Shown in pieces: positions 33,630-47,400 of a stretch of DNA of 62,430 nucleotides. Position 1 is the stretch's first letter, and each line of letters starts with the position of its first letter. The translations under genes and the position numbers were made by a program. Below the pieces are notes generated by a model. The model made no database searches. It worked only from the letters and a program-made list of their open reading frames with translations, and had not been told where the DNA came from. The DNA comes from Chara braunii (lineage: Eukaryota; Plantae; Charophyceae), in NCBI GenBank assembly GCA_003427395.1, contig BFEA01000008.1, positions 3,918,814 to 3,981,243 on the forward strand. Direction: 5' to 3'.

Positions 33630-36600
33630 CATTCGGGGGTCCAAACTATTAATTTTGGGGTATTAAAATTGTTTAAGGGGTCTAACATGACTTAGGGGGT
33701 CTAACACATCAATTTAGGGGTCCAACCTAATAGTTTAAAGATCCGTCAATTGATTATGGGTTTCGTTAGTTTTAGGGTTCAGGGGTCTGAGGGATCAATT
33801 TAGGGATCCAACCTGTCAGTTTAAAGTGACGTAAATCAATACGGGGTTGCGAACATCAAAATTTACTGTAGGGGTTAATGCATCAGTTTGGGGGTCCAAC
33901 CTGTCAATTTCAAGTTACGTAAATTTATTGTGGGTCACGACGTTGGTTAGAGGGTGTATAAATTACTTTGAGGTTGCTTTAAATCAGATAAAGGATCCAA
34001 CCTATCCATTTCGGGGTACCAAAATTATTTAGGGGGTTCAACTTTAGTTTCGGGGTTTAGAAATTGCTTTGGGGATCTGACACATTAATTTAGGGGTCCA
34101 ACCTATGACTTTGAATTACGTAAATTAATTAGAGGTTCTTAACATTAGTTTGGGGGATTAGAAATTTTTTTGGAGGTCTAAAGCATCGATTGAGGAGTCC
34201 AACCTATCAATTTGGACGTACTTCAATTATTAAGAGGGGGTGAATGACAGTTTGGGGGTTTAAAAATTACTTTGGGAGTCTGACACAATAATTTCGGATT
34301 AAAATTACCAGTTTCTGGGTACTAAAATTATTTAGGGGGTTTTAACGTTAGTTTTGAGATTTAAAAACTACTTTGGGGGCCTCACTCATCAATTTAGGGG
34401 TCCAAGCTAACAGTTTGAGGTTACATAAGTTAATAAGGGGTCCCGAATATAAGTTTGGGGGTTTCGAAATTAGTTTGGGGGTCTAACGCATCAATTAAGG
34501 GGTCGAACCGAACAGTTTGAGGTTACGTAAATTAACAAGGGATCCCAAACATCATTTTGGGGGTTTATAAATTAGTTTGGGGGTCTGACGTATCAATCAA
34601 GGGGTCGAACGTTATAGTTTGAAGCTACGAAAATTAATAAGGGGTCCCAAATATAAGTTTTTTTTTTTTTTAATTAGTTTGGGGGTCTGGCGCATTAATT
34701 AAGGGATCCAACTTAACAGTTTGAGGTTCGTAAATTAATAAGGGGTCCCGAACAATAGTTTATGAATTTGTAAATTACTTTGGGGATCTGACGCATCAAT
34801 TTAGTGGTCCAAGGTAACAGTTTGAGGTTATGTAAATTAATAAGGGGTCCCGAACATCAGTTTACTTTGGAGGTCTAACGCATCAATTTAGGGGTCCAGC
34901 CTAACAGTTTGAGGTTACGCAAATTAAAAAGGGGTCCCAAACATCATTTTGGAGGTCTATAAATTAGTTTGGGGGTCTGACGCATCAATTAAGGGGTCTA
35001 AACGAACAGTTTGAGGTTACGTGAATCAATAAGGGGTCCTAAATATCAGTTTGAGGGTTTAGAAATTAATTTAGGGGTCTTACGTATCAATTAAGGGGTC
35101 CAACATAACAGTTTGAAACTATGAAAATTAATAAACGATCCCAAACATAAGTCTGGGTTTAAAATTAGTTTGGGGGTCTGACGCATCAATTAAGGGGTCC
35201 AACCTCACAGTTTGAGGTTACGTGAATAAACAAGGAGTCCCGAACAACAATTTGGGGGTTTAAAAATTTGTAAGGGGTCTGGAATATTTGTCTCTGGGTT
35301 TGGAAATTACTTTCGGGGTCTGACGCACCAATTTAGGTGTCCAAGCTAACAGTTAGAGGTTACTTAAATTAATGAGGTGTCTCGAACATCAGTGGGTTTG
35401 GAAATTGCTTTAGGGGTCTGACGCACCAATTTAGGGGTCCAGCCTAACAGTTTGTGGTTACGTAAATGAATAAGGGGTCTCAAACATCAGTTCGCCGGTT
35501 TAGAAATTAGTTTGGGGGTCTGACGTATCAATAAAGGGGTCCAACGTAACAGTTTGAAGCTACGAAAATGAGTAAGGGTTCCCAAACATAAGTTTGGGGT
35601 TTTTTAAATATGTTTGGGGTTCAAACGCATCAATTAAGGGTTTCAATTTATTAGTTTGAGGTTACGTTAATTAATAAGGGGTCCCGAACATAACGTTGGG
35701 GGTTTAAAAATTAATAAGCGGTCTCAAACATCAGTTTGTGGGTTTGGAAACTACTTTGGAGGTTTGACGCATCAATTTAGGGGTCCAAGTTAATAGTTTG
35801 AGGTTACGTAAATTATAAAGGGGTCCCAAACATCAGTCTGTGGGTTTGGAAATTACTTTGGGGGTTTGAGACATCAATTTAGGGATCCAAACTAACAGTT
35901 TGAGGTTACGTAAATTAATAAGGGGTCCCGAACATCAGTTTGGGGCTTAAAAATTAATAAGGGATCCCGGACATTAGTTTGTGACACTTTGTGTGTTTGA
36001 AAATTACGTTAGGGGTCTAACGCATCAACATAGGGGTCCAAACTAACAGTTTGAGGTTTCGTAAATTAATAACGGGTCTCGAATATTAATCTGTGGGTTT
36101 GGAAATTAGTTTGGGGGTCTGAAGCATCAGTTTCAGGATATATGCTAACAGTTTGAGGTTACGTACATTAATAAGGGATCCCGAACATTAGTTTGGAGGT
36201 TTGAAAATTACTTCGGGGGTCTAACGTATCAATTTAGGGATCCAACCTAACAATTTGAGGTTACGTAAATAAATAAGGGGTCCGAAACATCGGTTTGGGG
36301 GTTTAGAAATTAGTTTCGGGGTCTGTAGCATCAATTAAGGGGTCCAACCGAACAGTTTGAGGTTGCATAAATTAATAAGGGATCCCAAACATCAGTTTGG
36401 GGGTTTAAGAATTAGTTTGGGGGTGTGACGCATCAATTAAGGGGTCCAACTGAAAAATTTGAGGTTACGTAGATTAATAAGGGGTATCAAACATCAGTTT
36501 AGGGGTTTAAAAACTAGTTTGGGGGTTTGACGTATCAATTAAGGGGTGTAACGTAACAGTTTGAACTACGAAAATTAATATAAGGTCCCAAACATAAGTT

Positions 36601-37870
36601 TGTTTTTTTTTTAAACTAGTTTGGGGGTCTAATGCATCAATTAAAAGGTCCAACTTAACAGTTTGAGGTTACGTAAATTAATAAGGGGTCCCCAACGTCA
36701 GTTTGGGGTTTATAAATTAATAAGGGGTCTCGAACATCAATTTGGGGGTTTAAAAATTAGTTTGGGGCTTTGACGCATCAATTTAGGGATCCAAACCGAG
36801 CAGTTTGAGTTACGTGAATTAATAAGGGGTCCCTAACATGAGTTTGGGGATTTAGAAATTAGTTTGGCGCTCTGACGTATCAATTAAGGGGTCCAACGTA
36901 ACAATTTGAAGCTACGAGAATTAATAAGGGGTCTCAAACGTAAGTTTGGGGGTATAGAAATTAGTTTGGGGATCTGAAGTATCATTAAGAGGTCCAACGT
37001 AATAGTTTGAAACTACGAAAATTAAGAAGGGGTCCCAAACATAAGTTTAGGGTTTTTTAAATAAATTTGGGGGTCCAACGCATCAATTAAGGGGTCCAAC
37101 CTAACAGTTTGAGGTTACATAAATTAATAAGGGGTCCCGAACATTTGTTTGGGGGTTTATAAATTAATAAGGGGTCCCGAACATCAGTTTGGGGGTTTGA
37201 AAATTACTTTGGGGGTCTGACGCATCAATAAGTTAGGGGGTCTGACACGTATTAATTTACGTAACCTCAAACTATTAGGTTGGACCCCTTAATTGATGCG
37301 CAAGACCCCCAAAATAATTTTTAAATCCCCAAACTGATGTTCGCAACCCCTTATGAATTTCTAAACCCCCAAACTGATGTTTGGGACCCCTTAATTGATC
37401 CGTCAGATTTCTAAACCCCCAAACTGATGTTTGGGACTCCTTGATTGATGCGTAAGACCCCCAAACCGATTCCTAAACCCCCAAACGAATTTCTAAACCC
37501 CCAAACGAATTTCTAAACCCCCAAACTGATGTTTGGGACCCCTTATTGATTTACATAATCTCAAACTGTTAGGTTGGACCCCTAAATTGATGCATCAGAC
37601 CCCCAAAATAATTTCCAAACCCCCAAACTGATGATCGGGACCCCTTTTTGATTTCTAAGCCCCAAAACTGATGTTCAGGATCCCCTTTTAATTTCCGTAG
37701 CATCAAACTGTGACGTTGAACCGCTTAATTGATGCGTCAGAACGCCAAACTTATTTCCAAACCCCCAAACTAATTTCTAAACCCCCAAACTAATTTCTAA
37801 ACCCCCAAACTGATGTTTGGGACCTCTTATTAATTTACGTGATTCAAAATGTTACATTGGACCCCAAAAT
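33630..37870. repeat. Satellite array, ~102-bp unit with shorter sub-repeats, orientation switch at ~37250
   Basis: Unit ggggtctgacgcatcaattaaggggtccaacctaacagtttgaggttacgtaaattaataaggggtcccaaacatcagtttgggggtttagaaattagttt recurs (e.g. ~34477, 34580, 34683, 34785); reverse-complement units from ~37250. Confidence 0.92.
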
Positions 37871-38060
37871 TGATATCATTGTTGACATAAAATAACGTCG
37901 TAGCTTCCTAAAGTTTGGATGGGAGAGGTACTTCTGGTTTAATCACCACCATGTTTCCCCAGGTATTTTTTCAAAGTAGTTGCTCTAGGAGTCCCTATGT
38001 ACGCTATGTCCGCGCGGGTACATAGCATATAACGGACTTTCCCTCGAACACGTGTACAAC

Positions 38061-38098
<38 letters not shown>

Positions 38099-38318
38099 AA
38101 TATGGTCTCATTTGTATTCAAGGGGATTACACACAGCGAGGCCAATCTGCTGAATGGGACAGCGCAGAAACTACCCTGTTCAGCAGAAACGTCTTTTTTT
38201 TCCCTCTACATTTTTTTATTTTTTTTTCATTTATGATTGATTCATTGATTGATTGATTGATCGTGTGGACTGATCGGATAGATTGGTCTCTCTCTCTCTC
38301 ATGCGAGTGTCAGCATGC

Positions 38319-38355
<37 letters not shown>

Positions 38356-38359
38356 CACA

Positions 38360-38392
<33 letters not shown>

Positions 38393-38475
38393 AGCGGAAA
38401 CGAGCGGGCTCGCACCTGTTGCTGCCTTGTCCTGCCTGCTCGTGCTCACTCCTTCCCACTTGGCTGTCTCTTTGT

Positions 38476-38512
<37 letters not shown>

Positions 38513-38541
38513 AGAGGGAATATCGTCCTCCTCAGGCCAGG

Positions 38542-38903
38542 CTGTGTAGCATCATGTTCGGGTTCGGTGACCAAACCCAAACGTTCGGGACCGAACGTGA
38601 ACGAGCGCTGAAACTCCTCGAACGCGAACATAAAAATGTTAAAAAAAAAAAAAAAAAAAAAGTTCTCCAAAAAATCGGAAAAAAATAATTGTTATGTAAA
38701 ATAATAATACAAACAACGTTTGCCTTGGAGATATGGTCACATTCGTAACCAAATTCGAGTTAAAAATCAAAAACCAAAAAACAAGTTTTTTTTTTTTTTT
38801 TTTGAATATGTTCGGCTGAACACGTTCGGGTGGCGTTCGGCCGAATGCCCGAACATGTTCGGACGTTCCGAAAAACTCCGAATATGTTCCGTGTGCTACA
38901 CAG
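38542..38903. mobile_element. hAT-type MITE, 362 bp
   Basis: TIR CTGTGTAGCA / TGCTACACAG; perfect 8-bp TSD AGGCCAGG (38534-38541, 38904-38911); ccgaac/gttcgg subterminal repeats. Confidence 0.9.
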
Positions 38904-39743
38904 AGGCCAGGGTTGTGGGCACTACCGACAAAACTGCCCTAGAAAACCTATTTTCATATTCAATTGAAAAAAGGTCCCAGGCCTATGTAAACTACACTAC
39001 GAGCACCATCGCCCATGCTTTTTTCTTTCAATGCCCTCAGAACCCAAGAAATATATTATCATGGGTCGTACACATACTAGGGGGCTCGTTAGACACTCCT
39101 CGGGGCGTCCTTGGGGCCCGAGGAGTTTTCCTTTAGGGCTTCCGAGATTTTTTCCACCGTCATTCCACTTATCCTCGGGATGGATATCCAAGGAGGATTC
39201 CTACAGAGGTCCCGCGACCAGTCATCCTCTAGTAAACGATCTTATCGATGACTGTGGGGTGGGGTGGGGTCGGTGGTCCATGGGTGGTTATCCGCTGGTA
39301 CGGTCGTGATCCTGCTTCGATTGGCGACAAAAATCCGAATCTTCGCTGCGACCCATAAAAAAAAAAAAAAAATAGGCACGCCGTCCCTGTTTGAAATTCA
39401 AATTTTGAATGATGTCGTTGGGGTGAGGGCGGTTCGTCGTGGACCCGTGGTGTTGCGGCGGCTGATGGAGGACGTCGGAAAGGAACCTCCTTCCATAGCG
39501 TCTCGGGGGGGTTGGCGTGGGTGCTGAGTGCGGCCAGGCAAGGAAGACATCGAGGGAGAAGACGCCATTGCGGCAGTCGCTTGGGGGGAAGATTCCATCG
39601 CAAGTCGTCAGGGGAGAAAACATCGTCGCTCCAGTCGTCGGGGGAGGAGACGCCATCGTGGCAGTCATCGGGGCGAGTACTGCGTGCGATCAGACAAGGA
39701 AGATATCGGTGGAGAATACGACATCACGGCTCGTTTGGGAGAG

Positions 39744-40880
39744 ATGAACGACGACAACCTTGACGTCGGTGGGAAGCTGATGATGGCGGAGAGGACGGTA
39801 GTGGCAGTGACTGTTACCGCAATCCTCTTTCGTTGTCAGATGGAGAGGACGGCGAAAAGAGTGAAAACACAGATCCGTGCAAGGAGGAGGAAGGTCACGC
39901 AGTGCGCAGTAGTGGAAGGCCCTAGGTTTGACACGGCCGCCATCTGCGATGTCGTCGTTCACGTGTGCTGCGCCTTGGGTTGCGGAGATCTTCCAAGAGC
40001 AACACCGAGATGGTGGATGAAAAGGAGGACGAGTGGGGCGTGGGAGGATCTGCGGCAATGGGATGACGTGATGGAGGACAACTTTCGAGACAAGCTGACC
40101 ATGTCACCAGGTGTCTTCCGGGAGATTGCGGAAGGTCTCTCGTCGTTGCTGCAGCGCCGTCACCACCGTGTGATATTCTACAGGGAGCCGCTGCAGCCAT
40201 ATCAGATCGTCGCATACACGTTGTACAGGCAGGCGTCGGGGGAGACATACGAGAGCAGCACGCGTAACTTTGGCATCAACAGAGCGTCGAGTTTGGTGGC
40301 GATGAGGGACGTCATTGTCGCGTTGCTGACTGTCTACTGTGACAAGATATCGTGGCCGGCGGGGGTGCGCAAGTCGGTCGTCCTCCGTGCTTTCGCGAGC
40401 AAGGGGTTCCCTAACTGTCATGGTTGCATCGATTGCACACATGTGACATATCTACATCGACAAGCCGGCAAACGCCCCTGGCGAGGACTACTACGATCGG
40501 AAATGACGATTCTCGATCATCATGCAAGTCATCGTTGATCTAGACTTGTGTGTGGTGGACCTCTTCGTCGGCTATCCTATGAGCTGCCAAGACGTCCGTA
40601 TCATTCACATGTCTAGTTTATGGGCGCGTGTAGAGGCTGGTTACCTGCCTGTGATGCTGCCATTTGGCATCCAGACGAACGGCTACCTGCTGGGCGATAA
40701 TGGTTACCCACTGTCGGAATGGATAGTCGTTCCCTATGGCACCACTACTCGTCACCCGTCGGAGACGCGGTTCGACAATAACCAAATATTGCGAGGGAGG
40801 CAATTGAGAGGACTTTCGGCAGGCTGAAGGGGATGTGGAGGCTGTTCCTGTGGTCGCACAGGACGAACATGGCCTCTTAC
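39744..40880 (+). pseudogene. Harbinger DDE transposase (HARBI1/DDE_Tnp_4-like), frameshifted, 3'-truncated at (GA)n
   Basis: FRDKLTMSPGVF, LYRQASGETY..NFGINRAS, FPNCHGCIDCTH, QVIVD..GYP.SCQD, YLLGDNGYP, IERTFGRLKGMWR. Confidence 0.9.
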
Positions 40881-40889
40881 GACGCTTGG

Positions 40890-40963
<74 letters not shown>

Positions 40964-42299
40964 GTTCGTCATGACACTTCGTCTCACGTGTCGTTTTTCG
41001 CATCAGCATGTGGGTAGTGTGTTGCCTCTTTGGACCGAACATGCAGAGACGTGTCCCCACTGTGGGACGCCATGACCTTGACGAGTGTCACGGGTTGCCA
41101 TTTTTTTGGTAGTTGATCTGTGCAGCCGTGTGTCGTTGGTTGGTTAGTTACTCTTCGTTCGTACATTTGGAGATTTGTGCGTTTCGATATCCGCACATGG
41201 CATCCAACCCCTGTGTCGGCAATTGTGTTGTGTACTTTTCCCATTAAAGTGCTTCTTTCACAGAGAAACGTTTGTTCGTTGTTTGGACTCCCTTTCTTTT
41301 GCATTGCTCTGATCTTTCGCAACCTGTGTGTGTGGATGATGTGTGATGTTGTTTGCTGTCGACATTTTTGCTTATTTTTCAGTTGTGTCAGTGTGTGGTA
41401 CAACCTGCGGTGGTGGGGGGTGGAAGGTGGGGGGGAGGGGGGGCGTGCTTCTGTGTGTTGGACAACTTCCTATTGCATAGCCTTAAAACTAAAAGCTCTC
41501 AAAAGAATTTGTACTGATCATCCAGTGCTGAATAACATTGTCCTTCCCTTCCCTTTTCTCCTAACACCTTACGCCAACAAGGTATGCATAGGTGCAGTCC
41601 AGACGAACAACAAACACTGGCGTGAGGCACACCTTACACAATCACATGCACAACAAACAATGGTGTGACACACACATTACAAAGGTGGCATTACATGCAT
41701 CACGATCGCAGAAAGACCCCACGCATGCAACAGAATGCCAACCCACCATATTACTGTCGTCCAAACCTAGAAAACCGTGTTCTCAATTTAAGAATGAAGT
41801 TGAATGAACCCCCCCCCCCCTCCCCCCCCCCCCCCTCTCTCTCTCTCTCTCACAACATCCATCACACAACGCGAAGAGACTACAAAGCGATACTACTCTA
41901 GAAAGATGCCATCAGGGCCATGCGACTGCGCACCAGCACATCCCCCAACCTCCACATGGGACGTCGACACCCCCGCCGTCTGGCACGAGCCGCCCCTTGT
42001 GCATTGCGACAACAAGCCACCGACACCCATCAAACTCTCGATTGCGCGCTTTGTTATTGCGTGGCTGACCCCTGACGCACCTGACGATGCCTATGCAACC
42101 GTTTGAACGCGCCGAAGGTGCGTTCGCGTTCAAACGGTCTGGGGCCGCGTTCAATGGCGTTCAAACGCGCTACGCGCGTTATGGCGCGTTTTTTTTGAAC
42201 GCGACCCCGGGTCGTTCGCGCGCGCGGCAGGGGCCACGGGGTGGTGGTCAGCGTTTTCGGAGATGAAAAAAAAAAAAAAAGGCCACCACTGGCCACACC

Positions 42300-43270
42300 C
42301 CAGCGCCCCAGCGCCTCAGTGCCCCGCACCCCGGCGCTCCGGCGCCCCCGCACCCTGGCGCCCCGGCGCTCCAGCGCCCCAGCGCCCCAGCGCCCTACCG
42401 CCCAACACCTCAGCGCCCCCGCACCCAGGCGCCCCACGCCCAGGCGCCTTAGCGCCCCAGCGCCCCAGCCTAGCGCCCCGCACCCCGGCGCCCCAGCGCC
42501 CCAACGCCCCACCACCCCACATCTCGGCGCCCCAGCGCCCTTACACCGGCGCCCAGGCGGCCCAGCGCCCACACCTCAGAGCCCCAACACCCGACCGCCC
42601 CGGCGCCCATGCGCCCACACCCCGTCGGCCCGCCTACAACACGACCACACCACCCTACAACACACCCTCCATTGATCACCTCCCCACCCCCCCGCACCCC
42701 GTCGCCTCCACACCCCATTGGCTGAACCCCGTGACTTGAAACCCCCCGAACCGCTCCACCGCGACACCCACACCCCGTCGGCCCGCCTACACCACCGCCC
42801 CACCCCACATCCCACATCTCCCCCCCCCCCCGCCTTCACCCCCCGTCGGCCCCTCCCCCTGACGTACCTTAAAAAAGAAACAATACCCCACCCTCCGAAA
42901 CGCTCCGCCCAGCACCCGCACCCCGTCGGCCCACCTACCCCAAATCCCCCATCCCCCCAAACGCGCCGCCCCAGCACCCACACCCCGTCGGCCCGCGTGC
43001 ACCACAACCCCTCCACCCCACCCCATGCCCCACCCCCCCGCACCCCGTCGCCTCCACACCCCATTGGCTGAACCCCCTGATGCACCACCCCCCGAACCGC
43101 TCCACCGCGACACCCACACCCCGTCGNNNNNNNNNNNNNNNNNNNNNNNNNNNNNNNNNNNNNNNNNNNNNNNNNNNNNNNNNNNNNNNNNNNNNNNNNN
43201 NNGATGCACCACCCCCCGAACCGCTCCACCCCGACACCCGCACCCCGTCGGCCCACCTACCCCAAATACC
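42300..43270. repeat. C-rich degenerate tandem repeats (GCGCCCCA-type 8-mers, caccccgtcggccc units) inside the hAT 3' end
   Basis: Direct reading. Confidence 0.8.
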
Positions 43271-44469
43271 CCATTCCCCCAAACGCGTTCAATCGCTTTC
43301 AAACGTGCTGCGCGCCACGTGGCGCATAAAAATTGAACGCGACCCGGCGCCCCACAACCCAGGTTTTGGGGGAGGGCGTGACGGGAGGGTTTGGTTTTTG
43401 TGGGGTGTTGATGCGTTTGGGGGATTTGGGATTGGTGCGGGTTCAAATCGAACCAAGCCCAAACCCCAAGGCCGCCCGCACCCCACAAGCCTGGTTTTAG
43501 TGGTGCTCATACATTGCGAAGTGGGATTTATGAGAGATCAGAAATTTGTCAATGCACACATATATGTACTTGTCATTCCATTCATGTGGACAGATGCAAG
43601 TTCACACACTGTTCTTATATACGCACATGCAACACTCATCGTCTGATAACACAAACATTGCAAACGACAAGATATAATCGAAGCAAAACGCAAACCAACG
43701 TAGTATGGATAATAGCAAAATACATCTGACATGTAGGGTCGACGACCCGCCACAACATCCAAAAAAACACCGACTAAAATGAAGTCTATAAAGTACCGAC
43801 TGAGAAGTAGACAAAAAAAAAGACTAAAAAGAAATAATCTCCGAAGTGTCGAACGAAACCATGTCTGAACTGCGCAAAAAGTGCCGACTACAAAGCAGAG
43901 TATAACACAACATCACGAAACAGTACGTCTGTCATGGACGACAAAAAAGTAAACTACACTGAGACCGGGCCGCGAAAACGCAAGTCCGTAGACCATCAAC
44001 GATCGTCGTCTGCATGCGAATTCCGCCTAGACCGATGAGAACCGTGTCCGTGTGAGCGACCAGTGCCACGTGTCGACCTCTCTGGCGCTGCCCGCCGCGT
44101 CCGACAGTGGAAGGATCGGGGGGGGTCGTCGAGGTCATCGTCCACAATAACTCTCCTGCCTCTCACTGTTCCGGGTATACCTGCGGTTGCCAGATTAACA
44201 TGTCGGCGGAAATCGCGATGCATAGGTAGACCGTCTGCCCCTGAAGTCTCCCCCTCCTAGCGTCGATCTAAGGGCATGTGTCGGGACTGCCTGGCTCGTG
44301 TAACAACCTCCAACTCCTGTAAAATAATCGATGCCTCTCTCAAACCGTACGTCAATGGTGGATCTGCTCTGCCCGTCGTGGCACCGCCTGCACCCTCACG
44401 TCAGCCAGACATGCCACCACTATCCTCGCCTCTACTGCCGAACCCTGACGCGACGACATCACGACGACT

Positions 44470-47400
44470 CTAGGTCGTGGAAACCTCTCTCAAACCTGGC
44501 TGACGAGCAGCACTCGCCGTCGTCACCCGTCTCATCTCACTCCATGGCCGATCAGTGCGACCGAACAACATGCTGTCCTCCAACATCCGCGCATGGTCAG
44601 TAGCGTCTCTCCGTTTACGAGCAACCGACCTCGAGGTGAGATTGCCGCTCTCTTCCGCAACTACGCTCGCGCGTGACGATGGCCCTTCTGCGCCGTGAGA
44701 GGGCACAACGACAGAACCTCTTGAAGGTAAGCTGGGGCTAGCTGGCCCCCAAGACAAGTCCTGCACATGAGGCACACACCCCGCCTGAGGAAGCTTCCTG
44801 AAGCAACGCCTATCGGTCTCGGTCAAATCCATCCTGCCATGCGCCTCCAACTCCTCAGCAGTCATACATCCAAATGGGAGGCTGCCGCGAGGCGTGGACA
44901 CATACCTAATATGTGGCCTCTCCCGTGACGATGCAAAAGTAGGGACGGGAGCAGCGCACATGCCCCTGCCTACTCGTCGCTCAGCGACCGGGCCACCGCC
45001 AAGTGCACGACGCCTAGGATCAACCAGAAACAGTGCCTGATGTGGCACCACCGGCCCCACAGTCGTGCGAACCACCAAAGTCTATGGCGTCTCCTGTCTG
45101 TCTCCGTCATGCCTGTCTCTCACATCCTCTATGGGTATAACCTCACTATCGACCTGTGCACCATCTTGGCCCCCAAACGTGTGCATCGGATCAGCTTGAA
45201 CAGGCGCCTCCGCCCCCATAACATCAATGTCCCCCACGACGTCCTCCTCCCCCCCCGTGGTCGGTGCTATCCTCTCTACCTGTGCCGATGGTCGAACATC
45301 ATCAATGCCCACTAACTGCCCCGTCTGTATCTCCTCCAGACCCGGGGACATTTGCACGATACCCTCAACCAAACCCGTGGCCAGAGGCACGCCCGCGGCC
45401 TTATGCAAAGTGTCCTCGGGCCTCTGCTCGTCGTGAGGAGGCTGGTCAGGCACCACACGTGGGTCCTCCGGGGGTGCAAACCCGGTGTCGTGCGACCCCT
45501 GCTCAACATCACCTCCCATCCTCGATGCACCGGCTAAAGCTGCCTCCCCCCGCGTCCCATCGCGATCCTCTGTAGGAGGATACATGTGGACAACTGTCTC
45601 TACGTCAAGGGACGCCGGCGTGAATGTTCCCAGCTGTCTCTGTCACTCCTCAATCGCAAGACGGGCCAACTCCTGCTTCCTGGGGTCCCCTCGTGCCATG
45701 AGGCAAGCTCGACGATATCAAGCGTATCCAGCCTCTCTACAGATGCCTCTCCAGGGGGTGTGTGGTCCTCATCTCCCTCTGCCTCTGGTGGTGACGACAT
45801 CAACTCCGCGCGCATGGCAGGGGAGAAAGATTCCGGGCGCAGGGCGCTGATCTGTCCCAATACGGACTGCATGCCGACACTGATGTCCCCCCGGGACTCG
45901 CTCTTTCCCTGGGGCATACCCAAGTCACTAAACTCACTGAAACCTCCTCCACCACCCGCCGGCATCCCCTCCTCACCAACATCCCCAAGTGCGTCCGGCA
46001 GCGTCCCCGCCAACCGCCGCAGCAACCTCGGCACCGCCTCCGCCTGCCGCCAACGCACCACCATCTCCACCAGTTGACCCCTCTCTATCTCTCTTGTCCC
46101 CCTGGACTGGTGAAGGACCGCCCAATAATCTCTCCTCTAATCGCTGTCTAGGGCCCTTCACCAATCGACGCAGTCGCTGGCTAGGGAGGGCCACCACAAC
46201 CCGACTCTGCCCCCCTTGAAGGTGCAGATCCATGCACTCCCTCTCGCTCGACAGACCATAGGCCAGGTGACGCAGGCCTCTGTGGCTTAACAGGGCTGCC
46301 ATAACGACCCCCTAAACCCACCTCGCCCTCCAAATCAACTCCACCAAAAAATTCATCCCCGCCACTCCGTCTACGGACATCCTCTGGGTCACTCCACTCA
46401 TCAACCTCATGTGCAGTAGGAGTGGTAGCAGTGGGACCCGCCCGCCCATCCTCCTGCTCCCGACCCTCATAATCGCCGTCGTCATCTCTAGGGTACGGGC
46501 GCAATGTGGCAGCTCGAGTCCCAAAAACGTCTGCAACCTTAACTGGAGGAGCTCTCGACCCACACGGGTTTGTACACCCTCGTGGACGGCCCAATTCCTC
46601 TCCGCAGGAGAGGAGCACGTCCATATGTACATGACACGAAGACCGATAACCCGCAACTGTGGGGCGCACTGTCCCCACTTCGACCACCAACACCCAGCCT
46701 CGTACGTCTCCACATCGTCGGTGCACCTTTGTGCCTCTCTGTCTCCGTCCCTCCCCCCCCACGCAATGCTCCCCCTCCATGTGTGAAAGTCGCGCAACTG
46801 GGCACATGCGGTCTCGTACTCGGGGCTCGCCACATCGAACCCTGTCTGCGACGAGATGTAAACCTCCGCCTCCCTCACTAAACTCACGTCGTAGTCGTTG
46901 ACTACGCCCTCGTAGTACCTCAAGTCCCGCCGGCTAGGACAGAGAAGGTGAGCAGCGGCGTGCGCCGACTCCAACATGTGAGCGCACCGAGCCTGCACCT
47001 TCTGCGCAATGAAGTGTGCAGAATCCGGCGGAAGAACGCGAACCTCCTGTGCCACCTCTCGGGTCACATCCTGCGTCCACTGAACAACCCGTGACATGTG
47101 CAGCCCTCCATGGTCCAACCTACGCATCAGGTCAGACTATATCATCATCCCAAGCAGGGATGTCTGGCGTGTAGTCGTTGAGGGGCGCAGCGCATGTATC
47201 AACACATGGAACATGATGGTTATGGAATCCCACCAAGGGCCATCATTGATGTCGCACCTTCCACCTGACCCACCTAGCGAAGTGACGGACAAAACGGTCC
47301 TAAGGGACCATACCCGAACTATCACTGCCCACCGTCCTCTCCAATGCCGACTTCACTGCTAGCAAACGCTCCATCATCTCAAACACGGATGTGAAACGTG

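Noticed and set aside
42241-43488. Pro/Gly/Arg-rich ORFs, and long ORFs spanning N runs or microsatellites throughout the window
   Set aside because: By-products of GC-rich repeats, simple repeats and gaps lacking stop codons.
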